A stretch of DNA of 50,486 bases, filler included, from Jimgerdemannia flammicorona (lineage: Eukaryota): assembly GCA_003990765.1 (NCBI GenBank). It is 2 parts of 2 records of this genome, joined end to end, with 100 filler letters (N's around TTAATTAATTAA, not from the genome) between each part and the next. Parts side by side here need not be neighbours in the genome. Positions count along the whole stretch, not along the records: positions 25,297 to 50,486 come from RBNJ01000869.1; 1 more part is not named here. One strand, written 5' to 3'. Numbering within the stretch: position 1 is the stretch's first letter; every line of letters starts with the position of its first letter. Of this stretch, positions 36,707 to 50,460 are shown piece after piece. A program made the translations under genes and the position numbers. The notes beneath the pieces were generated by a model. That model was not told the DNA's origin. It saw only the letters and a list, made by a program, of their open reading frames with translations, and did no database searches.

Positions 36707-38103
36707 ATGTTTAGCCGGGTGTTCGACATCGTACCCCTCCGCTTCAGAAAGGACGCAAGACTCGAACCGCAATGGTACCGCTACCTGCGTGGATCTACCG
36801 CTATTCTTGCGCTCTTATCCGTTACGATATATTCCTGCATCCTGATCCGTGATTACCAGAGAGGCGACACATACATGGTCCCGAGTCGTATAGACAGAGA
36901 GCATGACCCAACATATAATGGCTCCGTTTTAATACCAGGTATGTGGTAATGTGGCTCCATTGTTCATCATTCTTCACGACGATACTGAGACTTTCTCTTC
37001 ATTATGACAGGATTGTTCATGGTTCAGTTCAACGGATACGGTCCCATGCAGAATATCACAAGTGTTTGTGCTTTGATGTACCCACCATCCAACGAGAACT
37101 TGACGCTGAACGCTCAATACAAATATTTCTGCAACGGTGTCCTGAAGAGTACACGAGAAGATATTCTCGGAATTCCCACATTCTACTATGAAACACTTCC
37201 CTCGAACCCTCTCTATCTCTCCGATACAAGCTGCGCGTATCCGTCCTCTCAGATGCCGTGCCCAGGCCTGACTATGTTTATGGCAATGTTTTATCCCACA
37301 AACGCAACCGAGGAATCTTTCATAAACTTTGCGATTGTTGATGGGGGATACAAACCCTACACAAGCGATGACAATTCTTTAACTTATTATGCAAGCAACA
37401 ATATGCACACAGCTTGGGCGGTGCGGCCCGGCGAAGGACTTCAACTCCGATTGCAGTACACCTTATACTATCCCATACAGGGCGATCCCTATTACGAATA
37501 CACTCAGCAAACAACAACCATTCCTATTGCCACGAATGGGAGTGCAATCGCGTTCGAGGCCGACACAGTATACATTAACGTTAACGTGGAACGATATGCC
37601 CTATCGCTTGGAACTGTTATTGGTCTTATCGGTGGTCTTTACAGCGTTGTCGCGTCAGTATTTGCAAACATATTTGGAATGAAGGTCATGACACCTTGGT
37701 AATATGCAATTGCTGTCACCGCATGTTAATCTACCATTTTAATGCACTGAAGCTGTATTTTGTGTTGTTTCAACTTCTTTAAATCAGTTCTAATATTCAT
37801 ACCGCATTCTAACCATGTACATACAGGGGTATCCTTCCGAAGTATGTTCCATTCGTTCGCAGACATCTCAAACCTTTGCTGGAAGAACAATGTAACACAC
37901 CGGACGTCTTGGAGAAGACTGAGGTGCCGTTGCCTGGCGACATCGCACATATTGGCCACCACGACCACGGACAAGAGATCGAAAGCTTGAGGAGTGAGAC
38001 AAATTATCTTCGAGCGCGCCTGAGAAACCTGGAGCGGGTGCTAGAACAATTTTATCTTGACAAGGGACTTTTGGAACATCTTGCATCCGACAGGATGGCC
38101 TAA
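36707..38103 (+). CDS. Two-TM membrane protein with a large Cys-containing ectodomain (channel-like family), copy A, 398 aa
   Basis: Exons 36707-36938, 37011-37698 and 37827-38103 splice in frame. TM1 STAILALLSVTIYSCILI; TM2 region LGTVIGLIGGLYSVVASVFANIFG; PWG; tail LRARLRNLERVLEQFYLD. An alternative in-frame ATG lies at 36668. Confidence 0.88.
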
Positions 38104-39091
38104 TTTCTTAGATTAATATCATGTAGAAACTGACGGGCATAAGCTTGACGTGATCATCTTAATACTTGTAATTGTTTCCAATTAAATTTTTTATTTTAAG
38201 GCTTAATGTAAAAACCACTTACGTCCCGATTTTTTCTACTGTGCACCTAGCTTTACTAGTGGCTGCATCCGGCATATTATTCGCTTTGTAGCCATTCACT
38301 AAGTAGATAGTACTCTCTAATTAATACTACATAAGTATTTAGAAATAGTAGCTATTCTATTATTATCTTATGATACAGATTATCGACCCTGTCGCCCATT
38401 AACCCACGCCCATCCTTGCTCAGCTCAAGGGACTTGTCAGTTGACACAGATAGAGGTATGGATAAGTGATATTTTATGTGACCTTCGGGAGTGTCTGCTA
38501 GTAAGTTGAACCCCAATGCATTAAAGGGGTTACGATTTTAAATATTCACAAACGATTCGCAAAAACTGTAAAATGGACTCTAAATATATGTCCACACATC
38601 TTGGCACCGGTCTATTTATATAAACACTGCCTTGCCCACCCTTTGCGCTCAAAATGTATATATATGGAAGACGCCAATTTATCAATACCAGTTTTGACCC
38701 CCCTTGCGCGCGGTTGTGAGTTTCACGTATTTTGGGAGTGGTGGAAATTTTTTTGGGCGCCATCTACACGCTTGACTTCAAATTTAGTGCCGTAACTGAT
38801 TCAACGCAATCGGACCAGGCCGCCCTGGACAGAGAAATTTCGATTACCTCTTTACCAAAAATAATAATGTTTCTTATAAACTTTTCTGGTATCAACCATA
38901 TATATATAATAAAATAAATAATTATTAACTAATAATTCTAGAAGTCGTAACTTCTAACCAGTGACAGATGTCCACTGGCAATAACTTTGTCATCTTACCC
39001 TCCAATAAAACCATCGTTCTCGACACCGCCCTATGGTCTTGGCTGACAAACTACACTCCACCCATCTAGCCTACGTCCTCAGCCCCATAAT

Positions 39092-39180
39092 CGGCCCCGC
39101 CCTCGGCCCTGCCCTCGGACCCGCCCTCGGCCCCGCCCTCGGACCCGCCCTCGGCCCCGCCCTCAGACCCGCCCTCAACC
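39092..39180. repeat. 12-bp GC-rich tandem repeat
   Basis: About 7 copies of ggccccgccctc. Confidence 0.9.
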
Positions 39181-40461
39181 CCGAACAACTCCACACTCCT
39201 GCCCACCTCAGATTTCTATCGGAGTTATCGCCTTCACCACTTTTACAATTGCAATAATATTTTGGCAGATGCGAGACCTTCTTCGCCACTTTTACGATTG
39301 CAATTATTATTTGGTGGAGGCGAGACTTCGACAGTCGCACCTGGCTTCCTGATGGACACAATAGCAGTGACCAGGACCAACACAGGATGGAGGTACACCA
39401 GCCAAGCCCTTTTCGGTTACACCGTCAAAGCTGGTCAAGCCTTTTAATCTGATAAGCGACGACGGCGGACGATGCCCGTTGTTGAAGGCCGATGAAACGG
39501 GACCGGAAACTCCGGCCGCTGGATCCGAAGACATAGTTGAGCCAGAGATGGGGCCATCAAGCCCGCAAGATTTAGGGGTGGATTTAGGGGTAAAATAGTG
39601 ATAAACGGGTGGCCGTGGAAAATACGATTTACGACTCAAACCTGGTCTTAATTTATTACATTGTGAGTGACACCATGGTGGCAGTTTATTGAGGCTTGTA
39701 TATACATAATATTAAAGGGTCCTGAAGTTGCGCAGCCAAACGTCATTCGCCTTCCTGGTATTGACGATTAGTCTCCACTCTGCATGAAGGACATGAATTT
39801 CGAATGTCGTTAATATCACTTTGGCTAAATCTTTGGACCAAAACAAGAGACTCACGAATATCACAAAATAGTTGCCCATCCGTGTGCTTCGCCTTTGACT
39901 TGTCCTATATTTCCTAGTGATGCTATTTAGTTTTGTCTTACACATTTATCGTCACTCGATCGCCGGACCTTTGATGGTGCTCGAAAATCTTAATAGGTAA
40001 GTCTTGCTTCACTATGACCCAAACCACCTCGTATATAGTCCAAGTTCTACCGATATGGTCAGTAATCAATGGAATCATATGCCACATTTACAGCTCCTAC
40101 TAATTAAAGCTAAGGGTGTCGTCGGGGTAGAGGGCATCACCTACCCTCCCATCGGAGGCTGATTCTGTCCTAGTAATTAGGTGATGACGATCTGTAAACA
40201 TTGGGTGGAATACTCATGATCGAAAAACCTCAATCAACAGCGACGCTAATTGTGTAGTAATTGTCCTCTATTCTAGCACCTGTGAGGGAGGGAGGGATTT
40301 TTCAATTTGTCAAACGGTTTGAATCTTTTCTCCAGAAAGTCAGACTGAATATGAACACGGAACAGAGATTTAATGGGCAAGTGCAACAAAAATTAAGGTA
40401 GAGGTTATGGCTTGCATGCTAGAGCTAGATAGAGCACGACCCGTGTTTTGAACTAAACGGC

Positions 40462-40685
40462 AGAAGTGGGGTCGCAAAAACTGTGAAAAACATATCTCAG
40501 GAAGCAAAAAGAAGGAGGCCCAAAGGTCAGGCGTAGACAACAAAAGCGGGGTTGCAAAAACTGTGAAAAACATATCTCAGGAAGCAAAAAGAAGGAGGCC
40601 CAAAGGTCAGGCGTAGACAATAAAAGCGGGGTTGCAAAAACAGTGAAAAACATATCCCAGGAACTGAAAAGAAGAAGGCCCAAAA
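40462..40685. repeat. 80-bp tandem repeat, about 2.8 copies
   Basis: c(t/a)gtgaaaaacatatc recurs at 40481, 40561 and 40641. Confidence 0.92.
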
Positions 40686-40961
40686 GACCAGATTTATAAA
40701 CTTCAAAGTGCAGAAATCGTTGGAGGCCGCCACCATTGTTGGGCATCCACTTCGTTGATGATTTTGTGCGTTGCCGTTTCAAACATGTCGCCCCAATTGT
40801 ATGAGAAAGCATCAAAAGCTTCATTACCACATATGTATATATATATATACGTAAAAGGAAGCACCATCGCGGGTGGGGATAGCGATGTCTAATGATGCAA
40901 AAAAAAAAAAACACCCATGTCTATTCGCGAGTACATAAGCACTTTCATCGAGCTTCGGTAA

Positions 40962-42424
40962 TTATGCTCCTTTTTCTACAATCGACCCTGTCTCCATTTC
41001 ATGTTGTTTCTTGGCTATTTTGCCTCCAGCTATCGAATCCAACAATCCCTTATCAATCACGTAATTGGATAGAAACCTTTCGAGTTTCTCCAACCGTGTC
41101 CCAAGGATAATAAAATCCTCGGCAGGATCAGCCGCAGCGGACGTAGGAATCGGATCAGCAAGCGGAGTGCCGCTCTTATCAATGCTATTGGGCGGATTGA
41201 AGCCGTCGTTTAGCGGACCGGAGAGTATCGATTTGAAAACATTCTTCTGAAAAATACCCCTACCAAGAAGCAAAGATGTATCGAGTTAGTTCCATAATGA
41301 CAAGTAGTGTATTACAAGAATGAGGGGAGAAGAGTTACCATGGGGAAAGCCTAGTAGTGCCAAATAAAATAATGAATACAGAAGCGATGCCACCGTAGAG
41401 ACCGCCGATGAGACCAAATAATTTACCCCACGAATGGATATAATACTCATGGTTGACCTTGTAGTAATCTGTGCTGGCCGACATAGAGACAAACATTCTT
41501 AATGCATCCGCGCCAGTGTACCCCGACGGTTGGGTGATATATGTCTGAGTGGTGGTATAGTACACGCGGCCTGCGACATCGTGGTTCTCTTCATAGTCAA
41601 GTGTGATACTGAGTAGTTCTCCAGGACGTACAGTGTATTTGGTAGATAAAACGGGTTGGTCAGTCATATAACCTTTCCCATCGGGAGCAACTGGCAGATT
41701 TTCGTTGTTGACGACTACTGTAAGGGTTGTATACGATGGAAATGTGACGTTGGGTGGGAGCGAAAAATTGATTGTGAAAATGAAAAAGCCCTGGCACTGG
41801 TATGGTAGAGGGTCGGGTAGTTCGTTGCAAGTATAATAGTCCGAGAAATAGAGGGGCGTCAAGTTAAAGTAATCGTATGTGATCATTTGAGTTTCCGAGT
41901 TCACAGTTTGGCGCAGAACTCCAGTGCAATAGGGAGTTCCAGTCAAGTTTATGTTGTTGTCCCTGGTTACATGTTGGATCCCACAACCCACTCGGATGTA
42001 AGGCGATATCCATTCGGACAGATTTGCCGTATGACGCGCAGTAAAAATCTCTGTCGCATTTGAGAAAAATTAGTCTCCATAGTGCCAGCGGATACAACTA
42101 TCATAAACTCAAAAAAAAAAAAAAAAAAGACTTACGAGGAAATGGGAAATAGGGATAATAATTTGGTGAGTCGCGTCCGACCTGAGTTGATACAATGTAG
42201 GTTTCCCCCCTGAAAGCACAAGTTTCAGCCGCTGATGAAATCAGAGTTTAAAAATGCATTTTCTTGCGACGGCTTACATACCGATTTATATCCAAGATCA
42301 GAAACACCAAATAGACGAGAAGGCCAACGAAACCACAAATGGCTGTAGACATCCGCAGGAGTACAAACCAGCTCGGTTCATAGCGTTTGGTTGTGCGAAA
42401 GAAAGAGAATACCTCAGAGAACAT
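40962..42424 (-). CDS. Channel-like two-TM family, copy B (4 exons)
   Basis: ATG at 42424 (MFSEVFSFFR..RYEPSWF); three GT-AG introns at the same positions as in C and D; the reading frame is intact through WGKLFGLIGGLYGG...SPW/GIFQK...LEKLERFLSNYVID. Confidence 0.88.
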
Positions 42425-43880
42425 TATGAATAGTGATTACTATTATACAGAAGCAAAATCTACGTGCCAATGACGCGCCTTTAAATAGGAGATGCCCTCT
42501 GGAAGGAGTTGTGAGTTTAAAGGTGTCGCGAAGTCATGTCCCACGCCTATGGCGCCCATTTCGTTTCACACGTTTCTCTTTTCTTTTTTCATCCGGTGTT
42601 CTCACCTCACCCTTGGTCTAGGGCAGTGATCTGAGTACAAATTCCAAATAGGAGAGTAACACAGATTGTATATATAAAAATAGAATCATTCCGGAAAAAT
42701 ACGGGAACGAAGGGCCACACTTTGTGGTCCGTATGTCGGAAAAACGAGGGTTTATGTCCAAAATCTCGGTTACGAATCGAATTTCTTAAATTCAAATGAC
42801 ATATTTAATCTTGCTAAGCCATTTACTAAAGGTCTTTACTGCAAACAAAAACGAGATTCCGGTCTTTGATATTCTGCTTTTATTGTATGCGAAACGTTTT
42901 TAGAATGTCGCTCAACCTTTTTATTCTGACGACGGGATCTTCGTAAATTTTGTTAATAGATATTTGGTCAGTGCATGTGCAACACGCAGTGGTGTTTTGT
43001 GCATAAAGCTACCAACTAAGGGATAAAGAGCATGATGGGACTCCTTAGGAAGAGTTCCGAAGTCCTCACGATCGGTAATGGTAAACTCCTTTACTACACC
43101 GTGAAAGTCACAAAATTGGTATTATATAATTGTTTAAACAGGTGGGCATATCCGAAGAAGGCTGCAACTAAGAAAACTTGCCGATGTTGTAGATGACCCA
43201 CGAGGATAAAACATTGCCTGTGGATGACTCCTGCCATGTCGTGTGGGCCGGTTCCTCAAAATGTGTTTCCGCTTAGGTGAGCAGGCCTCCCCCGAAATGG
43301 GCTTACCCGTTGCGGTCCGTGACTGGCCGGTCCTGCTTACCTAAGCTTAAACCATTTTGACACATCCACAGGCACAGGCGATGTTTTATCCACGTGCATC
43401 GGTACGTTCTCTTAGTCGGCAGCTTTGTGTGGTCACGTAATTATCTATTCTAAAGAAACGTGACAAACTTTACTGCGATTTCCACAAAACTGAACGTAAC
43501 GCAAACGCCACCAAACACCATCTTGTACCACAAACAAATTTATCTTTTGAAGAGAGGCAGAAAGTGTGGTCTAGATATCGTTTCTGGAATCAATCTGTTT
43601 TTCGTACACTCTGTGTTACTCTCCTATCTGGAATGTATACTCAGATCACTGATATGATAGGTCAGACTGCGAAAGACCAAGAGTATGGTGAGAACACCAG
43701 ATGAAAAGAGAAATGAGAAACGTGTGAAACGAGATGAGGCCCCGTGGGCGTGGGACGCGACTTCGCAAGGTCGTTTTGACACCTTTAAACGCGTAACTCA
43801 TTCCAGAGGGCATCTCCTATTAAAGCCGCGTCATTGACACGTAGATTTTTGCTTCTGTATACCCCTAATCACTATTCATA

Positions 43881-45318
43881 ATGTTCTCTGAGGTATTCTC
43901 TTTCTTTCGCAAAACCACACGCTATGAACCAAGCTGGTTTGTACTCCTGCGGAGGGCTACAGTCATTTGTGGTTTCGTTGGCATTCTCGTCTATTTGGTG
44001 TTTCTGATCTTAGATGTGACAAGGTATGAGAATCGTCGCATGAAAATGCATTTTTGAACTATGATTTCATCAACATTTAATAATTGCGGCTGACACTTGT
44101 GCCTTCAGGGGGGAAACCTACATTGTATCAACTCGGATCCAACGCAACACAACAGATTACTTTCCCATTTTCTCTTTCCCTCGTAAGTCGTTTTTTGGGT
44201 TAATGATACGTTGTATCCGCTGGCACCATGGAGGCTAATATTTCCTCAAATTTGACAGAGCTTTTCACTGCGTGGTATTCGAAAAGTCTGTCCGAATGGC
44301 GACCGCCTTACATCGAAACGGATTGTGAGATCCAACATTTAACCAGGGACAAGAACATAAACATAACCAAAGTTCCCCATTGCACTGGAGTTCTGGATGG
44401 AAGTGTGGACCTGGAAACTCAAATAATAGTCTACAATTATTATACCCTACCGCCCCTCTATTTTTCAGACTATATTACCTGCAACGAACTACCTGACCCT
44501 TTACCATTTTATTGCACCGGATTCAGTGTTTTCACAATCGACTTTTCGCCCCCACCAAACGTCACAATGCAACCATATACAATCCTTAGATTAGTAGTCG
44601 ACAATGAAAACCCGCGATATAAATCCGGTGAGGTTTATTTTCCCAACAAAACCAGTCCCAGCACCGGTTACGCCGTACGTCCTGGAGAGATACTCTATAT
44701 CACGATTGAATATGCAGTTAACGTGGATATCGCAGGCCGCGCGTACTATACCAACACTCAGACATATATCACCCAACCGTTGGGGTTGAACGAATCAAGA
44801 ATTCTTGTCTCTTTTTCTGCTCGAACCGATTCCTATATGGTAAATCAGGAGCACTATATCCACTCGTGGATTGAATTATTTGGTCTCATCGGCGGTCTCT
44901 ACGGTGGCGTCGCCTCTGTATTCATTATTTTATTTGGTTCTGCTAGGCTTTCACCATGGTAATCCTTCTTTCTTCTCCATTCTTGTAATACACTACCTTG
45001 TCATTACCTATCTAACTCGATACATCTTTGCTTCTTTGTAGGGGTATTATCCGGAAGTATGTTTTCAAATCGAAGCTCTCCGGCCCGCTAAACGACGGCT
45101 TCAATCCACCCAATAGTAACCATAAGAGCGGCACTCCGCTTGCTGATCCGATTCTTATGTCCGCTGAGGCTGATCCTGCTGAGAATGCTATTATCCTTAG
45201 GACGCGGTTGGAGAAACTCGAAAGGTTTCTATCCAATTATGTGATTGATAGGGGATTGTTAGATTCGATAGTCAAGGGCAACGTAGCCAAGAAACATGAA
45301 CATGAAATGGAGGCTTGA
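43881..45318 (+). CDS. Channel-like two-TM family, copy C (4 exons)
   Basis: MFSEVFSFFRKTTRYEPSWFVLLRRATVICGFVGILVYLVFLILDVTR / GETYIVST...FP / QLFTAWY...SPW / GIIRK...MEA. The splice phases are consistent. Confidence 0.9.
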
Positions 45319-46692
45319 TTGTAGAAAAAGCAGTCTAAATTACCGAGGCTCGCCGTATAGCACTTATGTACTTGCAAACATTTTATTTATTTGTTTGTTT
45401 TATTAATTAATAGCTAAGGGGTCGTATATATATGTGTCGTGGTTATATTTTGCGTCATTGGACATGCACACTCGCTGCGAAGGTGCTTCAATATATAACT
45501 TCTTCTAAATTATTCAAACTGACTTATCCATTGCACGCGGGTCAGAAAACTCACCGAAAAACCGAAGGTAAACGAATAGATGAATTTTAAACGATATCTA
45601 CTGTATATCAGAAATCAGTGTGCGGCTATTTGTCCTGCGACTCTGGGCGTTCATACATATAACCGTCACGACAGAATGTGACTTCCAGACGTCCCGTGTA
45701 AATTAATTTATATACAAAAAGTGATCCAGTCGTTGGAGAGAGGCCTGCCTGCTCACCTAAGCGAACACATTTTGAGGAACCGGCCCACCCGACATGGCAG
45801 GAGTCATCCACAGGTGATGTTGTATCGGTACGTTCTCTTAATTGCCTTCTTCGGATATGCCTCTCTTTTAAACGAGTGTTGAATTGCCCAAAAGAAGCGC
45901 AGTTAACATGAGTTTAATGCCACCGATCGTGAGGACTTCCTAGAGTTTCATCATGCCTTTTACCCCTTAGTCAGCAGCTTTGTGCACAAAACACGGCTGC
46001 ATGCTACGTATGCGCTGATTACATAATTATCTATTAAACAAACGAAGATCCCAAGATATCCAATTATATTCCGTCATCAGAATGAAAAAGGAGATCAAAA
46101 AGAAACGTGGCGAAAACTGAACGTAACGCAACACCATCTTGTCCGACAAGAAAATTTCCCTTTTGAAATGAAACATCTCTGGTTCGTTCGCATACCATCA
46201 AACAAAGCAGGATGTCAAAAACCGGAATTCTCGTTTTGTATGCTTTTTTTTTTTTTGTAATACATTATTACAGCATACCTGAGGTAAAGACCTTATTAAA
46301 TGTCTTAGCAAAATTAAATATGTCACTCAGATTTAAGGAATTCGTTTTGTAGCTGAGATTTTCTCGTTTTGCCGACGTACTGACCAGAATGTGTGGCCTA
46401 GACTTTGATCTTCGTTCCGCGTATCCTTTCTGAAACCATTCCGTTTTTTGTGCACTGTGTTACTCTTTTATCTGGAATTTAAACTCGGATCACTGATATG
46501 GTAGGGCAGACTGCAGAAGACCAAGACGAGGATGAGAACAACGGATGAAAAGATAAAAGAAAAACGTGTGAAACGAGATGAGGCCCCGTGGGCGTGGGAC
46601 ACGACTTCACGTGATGGCTTCGACACCTTTAAATCCGCAAAATTGGCACGTAATTAGATTTTGCTTCCGTATACCCCTAATCACTATTCATA

Positions 46693-48111
46693 ATGTTCTC
46701 TAAGGTATTCTCTTTCTTTGGCAAAACCACACGCTATGAACCGAGATGGTTTGTACTCCTGCGGAGGGCTACAGTCATTTGTGGTTTCGTTGGCATTCTC
46801 GTCTATTTGGTGTTTCTGATCTTAGATGTGACTAGGTATGAGAATCGTCGCATGAAAATGCATTTTTGAACTATGATTTCATCAGCATTTAATAATTGTG
46901 GCTGACACTTGTGCCTTCAGGGGGGAAACCTACATTGTATCAACTCGAGTCCGACGCAACACAACAGATTACCATCCCTCTTTCCCTTTCCCTAGTAAGT
47001 CTGTTTTGGGTTAATGATACATTGTATCTGCTGGCACTATGGAGGCTAATATTTTCTCAAATGTGACAGAGAGTATTGGTGCGTGGTATTCGCCAGATCT
47101 GTCCGCATGGGAGCCGCCTTACATCCAAGCGGGTTGTGAGATCCAACATGTAACCAGGGACAACAAAGTAAACTCAACCAGCTTTCCCTATTGCGAAGGA
47201 GTTCTGGCGGGAAACGTAGACCTGGAAGAATCAATGATGCGCTACAGTTATTATATCCTGCCGTCCCTCTTTTTCTCGGACTCTATTACCTGCAACGAAC
47301 TACCCGACCCTCTACCAATCTATTGCACCGGATTCAGTGTTTTCACAATCGACTTTTCGCCCCCACCAAACGTCACTATGCAACCACAAACAAGCCTTAG
47401 ATTATTAGTCGACAATAAATCCCCGCGATATAAAACCGATAAGATTTATTTTCCTATAAAAACCGACCCATTACCCGGTTACGCCGTAAGTCCTGGAGAG
47501 ATACTCGATATCACGATTGATTATGCATTGAACATGGATGTCGCAGGCGGCGCGTACTATACCAACACTCAGACATATATCACCCGACCGTCGGAGTTCA
47601 ACGATTCAAGAGCTTTTGTCATGTTTTCAGCCCGCACAGATTACTATATGGTAAACCAGGAGCGCTATATCCACTCGTGGGGTGAATTATTTGGTCTCAT
47701 CGGCGGTCTCTACGGTGGTGTCGCCTCTGTATTCATTATTTTATTTGGTACCGCTAAGCTTTCACCATGGTAACTCTTCTCTCTTCTCCATGTTTGTAAT
47801 ATAATACCTTGGCATTACTTATCTAACTCGATACATCTTTGCTTCTTGGCAGGGGTATTTTCCAGAAGAATATTTTCAAATCGATGCTCTCCGGCCCGCT
47901 AAACGACGGGTTCAATCCGCCCAATAGCATTGATACGAGCGGCACTCCGCTTGCTGATCCAATTCCTATATCCCCTGAGGCTGATCCTGCCGAGGATGTT
48001 ATTATCCTTAGGGCACGTTTGGAGAAACTCGAAAGGTTTCTATCCAATTACGTGATTGATAGAGGGTTATTAAATTCGATAGTCGTGGGGCAAAGTAGCC
48101 AAGAAACATGA
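46693..48111 (+). CDS. Channel-like two-TM family, copy D (4 exons)
   Basis: Same exon structure as C. The frame is intact apart from a +1 shift in the last few codons that changes the tail. Confidence 0.88.
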
Positions 48112-48953
48112 TCACGAAATGGAGACGGGGTCGATTGCAGAAAAAGGTTTCTAAATTACCGAAGCTCGACGTATATCACCTATGTAGACATAAGCTTTTT
48201 TTTTTTGTTAATTACTGACTGGGGCTAGTCTATATAATTATGTATGTGGGATATTTTCGTTTAATTAGACGTGCACACTCCCTGTCCGGGTGCTTCAATA
48301 TATTTAATTTCCTCAATCGACTTATCCAAATCCACGTGGGTAAGCAAACTCTAACAAAATCAAATAAAACCTAAGGTAAGCGAATAATAATGATAATTTC
48401 TGTACATCGGAATTCAGTGTGCGGCTATTTGTCCGGCACGGCTTAGGAGTCCTATAATGCACTCTGCTCGGCGTTCGCAAGTGGCTCTTGGATATTGCAA
48501 TGGATGCCAAAATCACAAAAAAATGTTGCACTTATTTTTTCATTCCTCTATTCTCCACTTGCATTATATTTTCCGTTAGCCGTACCTCATTTCAGGGCAG
48601 AGAGGGGCCCCATCCAACCTATCGCATCCTCGTCTCCTCCCACCAAATGCTCGCCATCCTCTCTGTCGCCACCATCCAAGGTACACCCTACTCTTCCGCG
48701 CACATGCTTGCCCGTCGTCTGTCTGCAAACCATTTCCATATTACGATCGCCGGAACTCGTGCTCCCATGCACTATTGTGTTTGGTTATCCATCATGACCA
48801 AGTTGCGATTACATCGTTCACTCATCTCTAAAGTGTATATTAATTTATTTTCGAAACATGGGCTCAGCGATAAATATTAGGTACTAGCGAATATGCAGTT
48901 ACAGTTCTAGGCGTACACTTTAACACACTTCAGTTATCATATTTAGACGTATC

Positions 48954-50330
48954 TCAAAGTACGCAAAGGACATATTGGTACACATTGTTAATTATTGCAT
49001 TTCCTCCGAAGATACAAAAAAAAAAAAAAACAAAAAACAAAAAACAAAATAGCGAATAACCTCTCGCCTGGATACTCAAATAACATGAACTGATCAAACC
49101 TACACAATGGTAAAGGACATAACTAATGAGTGTTCGCCAGTGAATCAAGGCAGGAAATAAACAGGCACGAATGACGGCACCGCGAGAAAAACAAAACAAC
49201 AAAAAAACATTGCGAATGACGGCAGAAAGAATGTTGGAAAGTCCGATTCGGATAAGGGAGGAAACTTCCGGCAACGTTAGAGACGTCGAGGCATAAGCCG
49301 AGTCGTCTAACAGGGACCGAAGTCCAACCAGGTAAAGGTCCTTAGGGATGAGGGCGAAACCTTGGTTCTTGTCAGTGACTGTGAGCAGATGCCAAGGCAA
49401 ATAGATGCCGAGGCAAAAGCTTAACCGATTTAAGCGCGGTACGCACAGCACGGTTCGACGCACGTTCACGGCGGGGACTCTCGACCCGAAGGGGGAGTAC
49501 CACCGACATGTCGGCGCATACGCAGTATGACGAAGCATTGCAGGGAGGATCCCAAGAAGGAACGAAAGTCGGGCGAGCCGGACTCGGAAAAGAAGAGAGT
49601 AATGTCGAGGGGGGGGCCGAAAGCGAAAAAGGCGATCGGGGGCAAAAGACCGAAGCAGGAAATAACAAGAGAGTAATGTCGATGGGGGAGCCGAAAGCGA
49701 AAAAGGCGATCGGGGGCAAAGACCGAACCAGCACCGCGCACAAATACCAGCACAAACTGACACCACGATGAAGGAAGGAAGATGAATGACCCAAAGACGA
49801 ACCTCATTGGTTGTGCTCCAATCGCGAATGGTTTCCTCGACAAACCGAGCAGTACAAGGCAACGCCAGGCAGGGATAGGCTGAGCAGGTCGCCATTCGCT
49901 TTAATGGCGTTCCAGGCCCAGCAGACCCCGAGGATGTCGGGGAAGCGGTAGGAGCTACCAACGTGGTGGAAGTCGGTGTCGATGTTGACGGTGGCGTGGT
50001 GGAAGCCGATGTTGACGGCGTGGTAGAACTCGAATGTCGACGGAGGGGGCAGAAGGGTAAGTAGATGATCTACCCTGCGGTTTGATGCCTCCCTGTGATC
50101 TCAAGATCTTGGGTTATTTCCTTGAGGAAATTTTCGATGGCCTCCGTGTTCATCTGTAAATGGTAAAATGCATTGCGTTGTGTTGGAATGAGGGCAAAGC
50201 CTAGAACACGAAAAGAACGCGAAGGGAACACAAAAAGAACACGAAAGGGACGTGAAAAGAATGTGAAAAGAACGTGAAAAGAACGTGAAAAAGGAAGTGC
50301 AAAAAGATTGGGCGGCGTAAGGTGTGGCAT
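48954..50330 (-). mobile_element. Penelope-like retroelement fragment (probable)
   Basis: VTDKNQGFALIPKDLYLVGLRSLLDDSAY (about 49295-49380) fits the PLE RT N-terminal 'DK.G...Y...LL.D..Y' motif. There is an internal duplication of about 70 bp at 49595-49725. No RT core is seen. Confidence 0.5.
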
Positions 50331-50364
50331 TACGTTGTGTTGGAATGGGAAGCTTACCGTTAGC

Positions 50365-50460
50365 GAAGCAGAGGTAGCAGAACGGAGGTAGCAGAGCGGA
50401 GGTAGCAGAGCGGAGCAGAGCGGAGGTAGCAGAGCGGAGGTAGCAAGGCAGAGCGGAGGA
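50365..50460. repeat. Short tandem repeat (gcggaggtagcaga)n
   Basis: Directly visible. Confidence 0.85.

Noticed and set aside
39033..39447. GPAL/AGPR-repeat proteins
   Set aside because: Produced by a 12-bp tandem repeat; no other coding evidence.
44228..44257. MEANI... starts at 44228 and 47039 as protein N-termini
   Set aside because: They lie in intron 2 (branch GCTAAT, acceptor GACAG); the true starts are the upstream MFS exons.
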